A stretch of DNA of 32,000 nt from Gemmata obscuriglobus. Lineage in GTDB: Bacteria; Planctomycetota; Planctomycetia; Gemmatales; Gemmataceae. Below are positions 17,919 to 25,732 of the stretch, one piece after another. Position numbers and translations under genes: made by a program. Location of the stretch: the NCBI RefSeq assembly GCF_008065095.1, contig NZ_CP042911.1, positions 3,720,001-3,752,000 on the forward strand, in the 5' to 3' direction. A model generated the notes under the pieces. That model was not told the origin of the DNA, did not search any database, and worked only from the letters and a program-made list of their open reading frames with translations. Position 1 is the first letter of the stretch. Each line of letters starts with the position of its first letter.

Positions 17919-17950
17919 GATCGGCGAGTAGCTTTCGCTACTCGCCGATC
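17919..17950 (-). terminator. perfect 14-bp stem / 4-nt loop hairpin downstream of tRNA-Ser (candidate terminator)
   Basis: GATCGGCGAGTAGC-tttc-GCTACTCGCCGATC lies 33 nt beyond the tRNA 3' end on the minus strand. On that strand it is followed by tcgttcatttcc, which is only moderately T-rich. Confidence 0.4.
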
Positions 17951-17981
17951 AGATTGAAAACCACGTAATCACGTCAAGTTA

Positions 17982-18071
<90 letters not shown>

Positions 18072-18078
18072 AAATGGC

Positions 18079-18107
18079 TTAAAAACTAACCCATTCAGCC
18101 GTTTGCA
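18079..18107 (-). promoter_or_regulatory. candidate sigma70-like promoter for tRNA-Ser
   Basis: On the minus strand: TGCAAA (reverse complement of 18102-18107), a 17-nt spacer, then TTTTAA (reverse complement of 18079-18084), ending 7 nt before the mature tRNA 5' end. The match to consensus is weak and planctomycete promoter rules are poorly known. Confidence 0.25.
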
Positions 18108-18399
18108 TCACCCGCCTGTGTTTCGTGTCATTAACCACTCACTACGACCAGAATACATACTGTAGTGAACAGATGCTCTCAGCAGGTTGCAACCGGATAG
18201 AGACACCTTACCAACCTCTTGAGCCGAGAAGGTGACGCTTGGAGAAGTCTATTGGTTCACTCGCGTCGAAGCAATCCCCAACCGCCCAAAGAAACTGTAC
18301 GCCGATTTTCGCCACAGGGAGTTTACACCGCTTTCCCGCTGTCTACCGTTCTTGGGAACTTTACCACGCTTGCGTCTGTCGCCGAGGTGCAGGTAAAGG

Positions 18400-18736
18400 G
18401 CCCAGATCGCCCGCCCGGGGCTGTCCAAAGCGGTGCCGGCCGGGAAGCCGTACCGGACCTTCGGGGCGCCGTGGAGTGGCGAGTCGGACGTGGCCGTGGT
18501 TGAGATCAGTGCGGACGCCGGGAAGTCGTGGTCGGAGGCCAAGCGGCTGGGGCACGCGGTGCCGTTCGCGTGGCGGCTGTGGGCGTTTTCGTGGGACGCT
18601 CCTGAAACTACTGGACGGTACAAAGTGATGGGCCGGGCACTGCACCGACGGACGCACGCCGCCCGTGGAGCATGACGCGAACCGGCGGACCTACACGATC
18701 AACTTTGTTTTCACGGTCGAGGTCGAGGCGGTGTGA
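18400..18736 (+). pseudogene. fragment of a sulfite-oxidase-family molybdoenzyme (C-terminal Moco-dimerisation/Ig-like domain only), frameshifted
   Basis: Frame 1 reads AVPAGKPYRTFGAPWSGESDVAVVEISADAGKSWSEAKRLGHAVPFAWRLWAFSWDAPETTGRYKVMGRA. After a +1 shift near 18636-18641, frame 2 reads TDGRTPPVEHDANRRTYTINFVFTVEVEAV, with the stop at 18734-18736. The pattern G.AWSG...I..VEVS.D.G.SW..A.L....AW..W...W....G.Y....RATD matches that domain. No catalytic domain lies upstream. Confidence 0.5.
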
Positions 18737-18809
18737 TCGGCATCGGAGGGCCGGCCACTACAATCGGCCCTGGCGGTCCAAGTGGGACGGCCACTTCTCG
18801 GAGGCGACC

Positions 18810-19193
18810 ATGAAGGTGATCATCGCAGCGGCGCTGGTTCTCGGGCTGGGCAGTTTCGCGCGGGCGGAAGACAAAGCGAACCCGGTGGGCACGTGGAAGT
18901 GCGAGTACACGATCGGGGACATGAAGCGGACGGCCGAACTGGTGGTCACGAAGGACGGGGACAAATTGGCCGGGGTGATGAACTGGCCGGACCAGAAGGG
19001 CGCGAAGGTCAAGGATCTGAAGTTCAAGGACGGGGAACTCACGTTCTCCGCGGTGCGGAAGTTCATGGATAACGAGATCGCCATCGACTACAAGCTGAAG
19101 GTCGAGGGAGAGAACCTCAAGGGGAAGGCGGCGGCGGAAGTCGGGGGCAACAAGCAAGAGTTCGACATCGAAGGGAAGCGGGAGAAGAAGTAG
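18810..19193 (+). CDS. small secreted beta-rich protein (127 aa), hypothetical
   Basis: ATG 18810 is preceded by GGAGG (18800-18804) with a 5-nt spacer. The signal peptide is MKVIIAAALVLGLGSFARAED. The mature part is Lys/Glu/Gly-rich with alternating beta-like pattern (GTWKCEYTIGD...LAGVMNW...LKFKDGELTF...YKLKVEGENLKGKA). Confidence 0.75.
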   Translation: MKVIIAAALVLGLGSFARAEDKANPVGTWKCEYTIGDMKRTAELVVTKDGDKLAGVMNWPDQKGAKVKDLKFKDGELTFSAVRKFMDNEIAIDYKLKVEGENLKGKAAAEVGGNKQEFDIEGKREKK

Positions 19194-19284
19194 CCTGATC
19201 CGGCTCAAACCGTCAGTTGTTCGCCGGGATCGCTGGCGCACCGCTGCCAGCGAACCGCCGAAGGCGGCTGTCCCTGGCCCCTGT

Positions 19285-19388
19285 CGCGGCAGGGCCAACG
19301 CACTCACCCACGCCAGAATTTGATGCTACCTACCTCGAAATACTACTGCTGAAAAAATTACGAGGTTGAGTGCGTTGGCCCTGCCGCG
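19285..19388. repeat. 104-bp palindromic element: perfect 22-bp inverted arms around a 60-nt AT-richer spacer
   Basis: cgcggcagggccaacgcactca (19285-19306) is the exact reverse complement of tgagtgcgttggccctgccgcg (19367-19388). The spacer contains an inner 6-bp inverted repeat acctcg (19332-19337) / cgaggt (19361-19366). It lies in the 283-nt gap between the secreted-protein gene and the SDR gene. Confidence 0.9.
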
Positions 19389-19476
19389 CCCCGCGGTGAT
19401 TATTTCCCCTTGTTCCCGAACCGCCGGGCAAGGTATAGACGCCGCACCTTACGCGGAACTCTTCAGGAGAGGTGCG

Positions 19477-20364
19477 ATGGACTCGCGGGCTACCCCGTTG
19501 GCCGGCCGCTCGGCGGTCGTGACGGGTGCGAACCAAGGGCTGGGGCGCGTCATCGCCGAACACCTCGTACGCGCCGGCGCGAGCGTCCTCCTTACCGCAC
19601 GCGGCGCGGACCTGCTCACGAAAACGGCTGCTGAACTGCTCCCACTGGCCTGCGTGTCCGGTCAGAAGGTGCTGACCCGTGTCGCAGACGTGGCGAAAGA
19701 GGCGGACTGCAACGCCACCGCCGCGCAAGCCTTCGCCGAACTCAACAACCCGTGCGTCCTGGTGAACAACGCCGGGGTGTACGGTCCCTTCGGGTTGGTC
19801 GAGGAGAACGACTGGGCCGAGTGGGTGAAGGCGATCGAAATCAACCTCTTCGGCACGATCCTCATGTGCCGGGCGTTCCTGCCCCGGATGCGTGAAGCGC
19901 AGTACGGGAAGATCATCAACCTCTCGGGGGGTGGCGCGACGGCGCCCCTTCCGCGCATCAGCTCGTATGCGGCGTCGAAGGCGGCCGTGGTGCGGTTCAC
20001 CGAGACGCTCGCGGAAGAAACGCGGGGCGCCGGGATCGACGTCAACGCCGTAGCCCCCGGCGCGCTCAACACGCGCCTCATGGACGACCTGATCGCCGCC
20101 GGCCCCGAGAAAGTGGGCGCGGCGTTCTTCGACAAGATGACCAAGACGCGCGACTCGGGCGGCACGCCACTCGACAAGGGCGCGGAGCTGTCGGTGTTCC
20201 TCGCGTCCGCCGCTTCGGACGGCATCTCGGGGCGTCTCATTAGCGCGGTCTGGGACGACTGGCAGAACCTGCCGACACACTCCGACCAGCTCGCGTCGAG
20301 CGACATTTACACGCTGCGCCGCATCACGCCGGACGACCGCGGGGGGTGGAAGAAATGCGCGTAG
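19477..20364 (+). CDS. short-chain dehydrogenase/reductase (classical SDR)
   Basis: ATG 19477 is preceded by AGGAGAGG. It has the cofactor motif VTGANQGLG, plus NNAG and the catalytic YAASKAA (YxxxK). Confidence 0.85.
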   Translation: MDSRATPLAGRSAVVTGANQGLGRVIAEHLVRAGASVLLTARGADLLTKTAAELLPLACVSGQKVLTRVADVAKEADCNATAAQAFAELNNPCVLVNNAGVYGPFGLVEENDWAEWVKAIEINLFGTILMCRAFLPRMREAQYGKIINLSGGGATAPLPRISSYAASKAAVVRFTETLAEETRGAGIDVNAVAPGALNTRLMDDLIAAGPEKVGAAFFDKMTKTRDSGGTPLDKGAELSVFLASAASDGISGRLISAVWDDWQNLPTHSDQLASSDIYTLRRITPDDRGGWKKCA

Positions 20365-21356
20365 GCATCGTCGGGTGCGGGCTTATCGGCGGGAAGCGGG
20401 CGAAGAGCCTTGCCGCACTTGGACACACGGTCGCCGCCACCGCAGACATTAGCCTTGAGCGCGCACAGGCGCTCGCGAAGGCGTACCCGGGGTGCGACGC
20501 GGTCGGCGGCTGGCGCGAACTCGTGGCGCGCGCCGACCTGGACACGGTCGTCGTCGCGACCATCAACGATTCGCTCGCGTCGATCACCCTGGCGGCGGTT
20601 GAGGCGGGCAAACACGTGCTGGTGGAGAAGCCGGCGGCGCGGTCGGCCGAGGAGCTGCGCCCGGTCGAATCGGCGGCGCAACAGGCGGGCGTCACGGTCC
20701 GGGTCGGGTTCAACCACCGGTTCCACCCCGCGCTGCTGAAGGCGCGGGAACTGGTCGACGCCGGCGCGGTCGGGCCGCTGATGTTTGTTCGCGGCCGGTA
20801 CGGTCACGGCGGGCGCGTGGGTTACGATCGCGAGTGGCGCGCGAACCCGGAACTGGCCGGCGGGGGCGAACTGCTCGACCAGGGCGTCCACCTGATCGAC
20901 CTGACCCGATGGTTCCTCGGCGACGTGAGCCGCGTAAGTGGGTTCGCGGGCACGTTCTTCTGGGACATGCCGGTCGAAGACAACGGCTTCCTCTGCACCC
21001 ACCACGCGGACGGATCGGTCGGTTGGCTACACGCCAGCTGCTCGGAGTGGAAGAACCTGTTCTGCCTTGAAATTTACGGCAAGACGGGCAAGCTCCAGGT
21101 CGACGGGCTCGGCGGCAGTTACGGGCTGGAGCGGCTGGCGTATTACCGCATGTTGCCGCAAATGGGGCCGCCCGAGACGACCATCTGGGAGTACCCGGGT
21201 GAGGACGGGTCGTGGAACGCGGAGTTCCGCGCGTTCGAGGCCGCCGTCGCGGGACGGCAGGGGTCGGGTGCGACGCTCGGCGACGCGGTCGCGGCGCTCG
21301 ATGTGGTCGCGGCGGTGTACGCGCAGTCGGCCGGGGACGGCCGCCGCGCGGCGTAA
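20355..21356 (+). CDS. Gfo/Idh/MocA-family NAD(P)-dependent oxidoreductase
   Basis: MRVGIVGCGLIGGKRA (Rossmann GxGxxG) and HVLVEKPAARSAEEL (the EKP motif) identify the family. ATG 20355 overlaps the SDR stop by 10 nt; a GTG at 20346 is an alternative start. Confidence 0.85.
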   Translation: MRVGIVGCGLIGGKRAKSLAALGHTVAATADISLERAQALAKAYPGCDAVGGWRELVARADLDTVVVATINDSLASITLAAVEAGKHVLVEKPAARSAEELRPVESAAQQAGVTVRVGFNHRFHPALLKARELVDAGAVGPLMFVRGRYGHGGRVGYDREWRANPELAGGGELLDQGVHLIDLTRWFLGDVSRVSGFAGTFFWDMPVEDNGFLCTHHADGSVGWLHASCSEWKNLFCLEIYGKTGKLQVDGLGGSYGLERLAYYRMLPQMGPPETTIWEYPGEDGSWNAEFRAFEAAVAGRQGSGATLGDAVAALDVVAAVYAQSAGDGRRAA

Positions 21357-21391
21357 ACGGTCGGTAGCGCGGACGGAACCTTCGGTAAAGT

Positions 21392-21421
21392 TTTACGCTT
21401 GTGGTAGCCGATATTTACAAT
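21392..21421 (+). promoter_or_regulatory. candidate sigma70-like promoter upstream of hddA
   Basis: TTTACG (21392-21397), an 18-nt spacer, then TACAAT (21416-21421), about 57 nt upstream of ATG 21479, in the 122-nt gap after the Gfo/Idh/MocA gene. Confidence 0.3.
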
Positions 21422-21478
21422 GCCGCGCGACGCGCTCGGCCCCCGACCGCACCACACCGCATGGAAGCGGAGTGACCG

Positions 21479-22504
21479 ATGATTATCACACGAAGCCCGC
21501 TCCGCATCTCGCTCGGTGGTGGTGGGACCGACCTGCCGTCCTACTACCGCGACCACACCGGCTTCCTCGTGGCCGCGGCCATCAACCGCCACGTCCACAT
21601 CGTCATCAACCGGTCCATCCTGCCGGAGATGATACTCAAGTACTCTCAGACCGAGCGCGTCACCGACGTGGAGCAGATCCAGCACCCGCTGGTCCGCGAG
21701 GCGATGAAGCTGGTGGGCATACCGGCCGAGGGCCTGGAAATCGCCGCCATGGCCGACATCCCGGCGGGCACCGGGCTGGGCTCGTCCGGCAGCTTCTGCA
21801 CCGCACTCTTGCGCGGGCTGCACGCCCTGCACAACGGCAACCCGAGCGCCGCCGAGATCGGCGAGCAGGCGTGCCACATCGAGATCGACCAACTGCACGA
21901 GCCGGTCGGCAAGCAGGACCAGTACATTGCGGCGGTCGGCGGGGTGACGTGCTTCCGGTTCCACCCGGACGGGCACGTCGAGTACTGGCCGCTGCGGGCG
22001 TCGTCGGACACGCTCCGCAAGCTCGAACAGAACGTGCTGCTATTCTTCACCGGGTACACGCGGTCCGCGTCGGAGGTGCTGCGCGAGCAGGACACCAAGA
22101 CGAAGGCGTCCGACGCGTCGATGATCCAGAACCTGCACTTCATCAAGGACCTGGGGCTCAAGAGCAAGGACGCGCTGGAGGCCGGCGACCTGCGGGGCTT
22201 CGCCGAGCTGATGAACGTGCACTGGAACTCGAAGAAGAAGCGGAGCGGGAACATGTCCAACTCCCGCATCGACGAGTGGTACGACCTCGGGCTGAAGAAC
22301 GGCGGGCTGGGCGGTAAGCTGATCGGCGCCGGCGGCGGCGGGTTCCTGATGTTCTACACCGAGAACCCGGACCAGTTGACCGAGGCCATGAGCGAGGCGG
22401 GCCTCCAGAACGTGCCGTTCCGGTTCGACTTCGAGGGCACGCGCGTGATCAGCGGCGGCGCCCCGTCGCCGGTGCTGCGCCCCGCGATCCGCCGGGCGGC
22501 GTGA
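21479..22504 (+). CDS. hddA: GHMP-family sugar kinase; best fit is D-glycero-alpha-D-manno-heptose 7-phosphate kinase
   Basis: ATG 21479 has GGAG 6 nt upstream. It has the N-terminal MIITRSPLRISLGGGGTDLPSY, the GHMP motif IPAGTGLGSSGSF and a C-terminal GGKLIGAGGGGFLMF. Its neighbours are gmhA, gmhB and a nucleotidyltransferase gene. Confidence 0.8.
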   Translation: MIITRSPLRISLGGGGTDLPSYYRDHTGFLVAAAINRHVHIVINRSILPEMILKYSQTERVTDVEQIQHPLVREAMKLVGIPAEGLEIAAMADIPAGTGLGSSGSFCTALLRGLHALHNGNPSAAEIGEQACHIEIDQLHEPVGKQDQYIAAVGGVTCFRFHPDGHVEYWPLRASSDTLRKLEQNVLLFFTGYTRSASEVLREQDTKTKASDASMIQNLHFIKDLGLKSKDALEAGDLRGFAELMNVHWNSKKKRSGNMSNSRIDEWYDLGLKNGGLGGKLIGAGGGGFLMFYTENPDQLTEAMSEAGLQNVPFRFDFEGTRVISGGAPSPVLRPAIRRAA

Positions 22505-22592
22505 GCGGTTCTCTCGCGGCGCCCCGCCCGAGCCAAGGGCCGCGGGGGCATTCCCACTCTGTGTCACGAGACCAAGGCACGAAGGCACAGCC

Positions 22593-23306
22593 GTGAACGA
22601 CCTCGCTTCGACGCCCGTGCTGATCCTCGCTGGCGGGAAGGCCACGCGCCTCGGCGACATCGCCAAGGCCGTGCCCAAAGCGCTGGTGCCGCTGGCCGGG
22701 CGGCCGTTTCTTGATCACCAATTCGCGGACCTGCACGCCCAGGGCATTCGCGAAGTGGTCATGTGCGTCGGGCACTTCGCAGAGCAGATCCGGGACTACG
22801 TCGGCGGCGGGGAGCGGTTCGGGCTGCGGGTCCGGTACTCCGAAGACGGCGCGAAGCCGCTCGGCACCGGCGGCGCAGTTCGGCGGGCGCTGCCGCTCAT
22901 CCCCGACCAGTGCTTCGTGCTGTACGGCGACTCGCTGCTGGACGTGAGCTACGCCGCGGTGCTGGGCGCGTTGCCGCCGGCGGCCCTGGCCGTAATGACG
23001 GTGTTCCGCAACGAGAACAGTTACGACACGAGCAACGTGGTCTTCCAAAATGGGCGCCTGTTGCGGTACAGCAAACGGGACCGCACGCCCGCGATGACCC
23101 ACATCGACTACGGGCTGTCGCTCTTGCGCCGGGGCGCGGTCGAGCGGATCCCCGAGCACGAACCGTCCGACCTGGCCGAACTGTACACGGGGCTGGTGGA
23201 CCGCGGCGAGATGGTGGGGCTCGAGGTGACCGAGCGGTTCTACGAAATCGGCTCGCCGGCGGGCCTGCAGGAGGCCGAAGCGTTCGTCCTCCGGCGGGCC
23301 GGCTGA
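22593..23306 (+). CDS. hddC: sugar-1-phosphate nucleotidyltransferase; best fit is D-glycero-alpha-D-manno-heptose 1-phosphate guanylyltransferase
   Basis: GTG start at 22593. It has the NTP-transferase motif VLILAGGKATRLG...PKALVPLAGRPFL plus LGTGGAV and YGDSLLD. The functional call rests on gene context. Confidence 0.7.
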   Translation: MNDLASTPVLILAGGKATRLGDIAKAVPKALVPLAGRPFLDHQFADLHAQGIREVVMCVGHFAEQIRDYVGGGERFGLRVRYSEDGAKPLGTGGAVRRALPLIPDQCFVLYGDSLLDVSYAAVLGALPPAALAVMTVFRNENSYDTSNVVFQNGRLLRYSKRDRTPAMTHIDYGLSLLRRGAVERIPEHEPSDLAELYTGLVDRGEMVGLEVTERFYEIGSPAGLQEAEAFVLRRAG

Positions 23307-23428
23307 TCCCCGAATCGCGGCGTCCGCTTCGACCCGCACGCGCCCGATTGACCGGGTTGGCTCCTGAACCGAGTTGCTTCGTGCGGGCGGCGCCCGCGGT
23401 CCCAGAACATCAGCGAACGGAGTCGCAC

Positions 23429-24055
23429 ATGTCGTTCACGCAGCAGTTCCTCGCCGAAGCCGGCGAGATCGTCACGAAGCTCGATGTCGCCGCCATCGAT
23501 CGGACCGTGAAGGCGCTGGCGGACACCCGCGCCCGCGGCGGGCGGTTGTTCATCCTCGGCGTCGGCGGCAGCGCCTCGAACGCGGCGCACGCGGTCAACG
23601 ACTTCCGCAAGATCGCCGGCATCGAGACCTACTCGCCCACCGACAACGTCTCGGAACTGACGGCCCGCACGAACGACGAGGGCTGGGAGACGGTGTTCGC
23701 CGAGTGGCTCAAGGGGAGCCGGCTCAACAGCAAGGACGCGATCCTGGTGTTCTCCGTCGGGGGCGGCGACCTCGAACGGAACGTCAGCCCGAACTTGGTG
23801 CGCGCGGTCCAACACGCCAAGGCGGTCGGGGCGACGGTGTGCGGGATCGTGGGCCGCGACGGCGGGTACACGGCGAAGGTGGCCGACGCGTGCGTGATCG
23901 TCCCGACGGTGAACGCGGCGCACGTGACGCCGCACGCCGAGGCGTTCCAGGCGATCGTGTGGCACCTGTTCGTAACGCACCCCGCGCTCAAGGCCGCCGC
24001 TACCAAGTGGGAGTCGACCGCCGCCGCCGATGCGGTAACCAAGAAGGCGGCGTAA
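23429..24055 (+). CDS. gmhA: SIS-domain phosphoheptose isomerase (sedoheptulose-7-phosphate isomerase)
   Basis: ATG 23429 lies within ORF 22763-24055. The SIS motif is RLFILGVGGSASNAAHAVNDF, with FSVGGG and GIVGRDGG blocks. The context is the heptose pathway genes. Confidence 0.78.
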   Translation: MSFTQQFLAEAGEIVTKLDVAAIDRTVKALADTRARGGRLFILGVGGSASNAAHAVNDFRKIAGIETYSPTDNVSELTARTNDEGWETVFAEWLKGSRLNSKDAILVFSVGGGDLERNVSPNLVRAVQHAKAVGATVCGIVGRDGGYTAKVADACVIVPTVNAAHVTPHAEAFQAIVWHLFVTHPALKAAATKWESTAAADAVTKKAA

Positions 24056-24057
24056 CT

Positions 24058-24082
24058 CGCGCCCGTGCGAAGCACGGGCGCG
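24058..24082 (+). other. intercistronic GC hairpin (perfect 11-bp stem, 3-nt loop) between gmhA and gmhB
   Basis: cgcgcccgtgc-gaa-gcacgggcgcg starts 3 nt after the gmhA stop. No T tract follows it, so it is more likely an mRNA-stability or processing element than a terminator. Confidence 0.4.
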
Positions 24083-24114
24083 TCGGCTCCGCGAAGGCGA
24101 TCTGGAAACTGACG

Positions 24115-24678
24115 ATGGCGCAGCGCGTGGTGTTCCTGGATCGGGACGGGGTGCTCAACCGGGCCTTCCCCGAGGGGGGCACCACGCGCCCGCCCATGAC
24201 GCTCGACGAACTGGAACTCCTGCCGGGCGTGCCTGCGGCTCTCGAGCGCCTACGCGCCGCCGGGTTCGCGCGGGTCGTGGTTACCAACCAGCCGGACGTG
24301 GCCCGTGGCAAGCAGACCCGTGCGGCGGTCGAGGCGATTAACGCCAAGATGTGTGCCGAGCTGCCGCTGACCGACTTGTTCGCGTGCTACCACGACACCG
24401 CGGACCGGTGCGACTGTCGCAAGCCGAAGCCCGGAATGCTGCTGGCGGCGGCGGCGAAGTGGGATCTGGACCTGCCCGCCGCGTTCCTGATCGGTGACCG
24501 GTGGAGCGATGTGGCCGCGGCGGCCGCCGCCGGGTGCCGCGGCGTGCTGATCGACACGCCGTTCAGCTCGCCCGAGAGGTGCTCGCCCGACCACACCGCG
24601 GCGGACATCACCGCGGCCGTGGACTGGGTTCTCAAAACAGCGGCGGCCGAAGCGACTGGTCGCACGGCCGCCCGATGA
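24115..24678 (+). CDS. gmhB: D,D-heptose 1,7-bisphosphate phosphatase (HAD-IIIA)
   Basis: ATG 24115 lies within ORF 23374-24678. It has HAD motif I FLDRDGVLN, VVTNQPDVARG, the Zn-finger-like insert CYHDTADRCDCRKPKPGML, and IGDRWSDV. Confidence 0.82.
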   Translation: MAQRVVFLDRDGVLNRAFPEGGTTRPPMTLDELELLPGVPAALERLRAAGFARVVVTNQPDVARGKQTRAAVEAINAKMCAELPLTDLFACYHDTADRCDCRKPKPGMLLAAAAKWDLDLPAAFLIGDRWSDVAAAAAAGCRGVLIDTPFSSPERCSPDHTAADITAAVDWVLKTAAAEATGRTAAR

Positions 24679-24711
24679 CGGGTACGGGTTCACGCCAAAA
24701 GGGAGTTTGGG

Positions 24712-25416
24712 ATGAAACTGTTCGTCGACACCGCGGACGTGAAAGAGCTGGAGATGTGCCTCGAGCGGGGGTTCCCGTCGGGCGTCACCACCAACCCGCT
24801 GTTGGTCGCGCGGTCCGGTTGCACGGACTTCGGCGCGCACATCCGCTCGATGATCGACGCCCTGATCCGGCACGACGCCAAGATCCCGCTGTCGGTGGAG
24901 GTGAACACCGCCGACCCGAACAAGATGGCCGACCAGGCCGAGGAGTTCGTCCGCGAGTTCGGCGACTACCCGTACCTGAACATCAAGATCCCGATCGGCT
25001 GGAACGAGCTGAAGGTGATCGCGCAGCTGGCCAAGCGGAACGTGCCGGTGAACTGCACCTGCTGCATGTCGTACAACCAGGCGATCATGGCCGCCAGCGC
25101 GGGGGCCAAGTACGTGAGCCTGTTCTGGGGGCGCATCCGCGACATCGGCTACGACGCCGGCAGCGTGGTCCGCGCCACCCGCGAGTCGCTCGACCGGCGC
25201 GGGCTCGACAGCGAGATCATCGTCGGCAGCATCCGCCACATCGCCGACGTGAACGAGGCGATCCAGGCCGGCGGGCACATTCTCACGGTGCCGCCCAAGT
25301 TCTTCTCGCAAATGTGCGCTCACCCGAAGACCGACGAGGCCGTTGCCCAGTTCATGACCGAGTTCCGCGCATGGGAGCAGGCGGTCCAGGCCAACCAGAT
25401 GAAGCGAGCCGCTTGA
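24712..25416 (+). CDS. transaldolase / fructose-6-phosphate aldolase family protein (short type-3B class)
   Basis: ATG 24712 is preceded by AGGGAG. MKLFVDTADVKELE...GVTTNPLL...LNIKIPIGW (Schiff-base Lys context)...AGAKYVSLFWGRIRDIG fits the small Tal/Fsa family. Confidence 0.85.
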   Translation: MKLFVDTADVKELEMCLERGFPSGVTTNPLLVARSGCTDFGAHIRSMIDALIRHDAKIPLSVEVNTADPNKMADQAEEFVREFGDYPYLNIKIPIGWNELKVIAQLAKRNVPVNCTCCMSYNQAIMAASAGAKYVSLFWGRIRDIGYDAGSVVRATRESLDRRGLDSEIIVGSIRHIADVNEAIQAGGHILTVPPKFFSQMCAHPKTDEAVAQFMTEFRAWEQAVQANQMKRAA

Positions 25417-25424
25417 TGCTGAGC

Positions 25425-25448
25425 CCCGCGGTTCCAGGCCGCCGCGGG
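25425..25448 (+). terminator. candidate terminator hairpin after the transaldolase-like gene
   Basis: cccgcgg (25425-25431) and ccgcggg (25442-25448) form a 7-bp GC stem, followed by catttcagg. The T tract is weak. Confidence 0.3.
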
Positions 25449-25732
25449 CATTTCAGGTTGACGCGCCGCATGGGCCGCCCGGCTTTCCTTGCGCGGCAGG
25501 TGTTGCCAGCCACTCGCGTAAGGATCGCACACGGTCGGCGATCCCGGCGGCCCATTGATGCAGCGGTAGCACTGCGGGCGACTGGCGGAGCGGGCCGCAC
25601 CAACACTCGATGGCGTGGTCCGGACGATTTTGACGGGATCGACAGGATTTCAACTCCGTCAGAATCGGTGTTCGTAATCATGAGGCCCGTGGGCCGGAAC
25701 GCAGCCGCGACCGTCCGCTCCGCCGCCGTTTC

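Noticed and set aside
19330-25323. Antisense ORFs through the heptose cluster (19330-20280, 19662-20306, 20307-21005, 21143-21976, 21646-22269, 22040-22678, 22449-23339, 23240-23980, 24250-25323) and frame-shifted plus ORFs (20938-22317, 22763-23428, 23374-24114, 24501-25736)
   Set aside because: These are shadow ORFs of plus-strand genes that have clear catalytic motifs and SD-preceded starts. Their translations are compositionally biased and motif-free.
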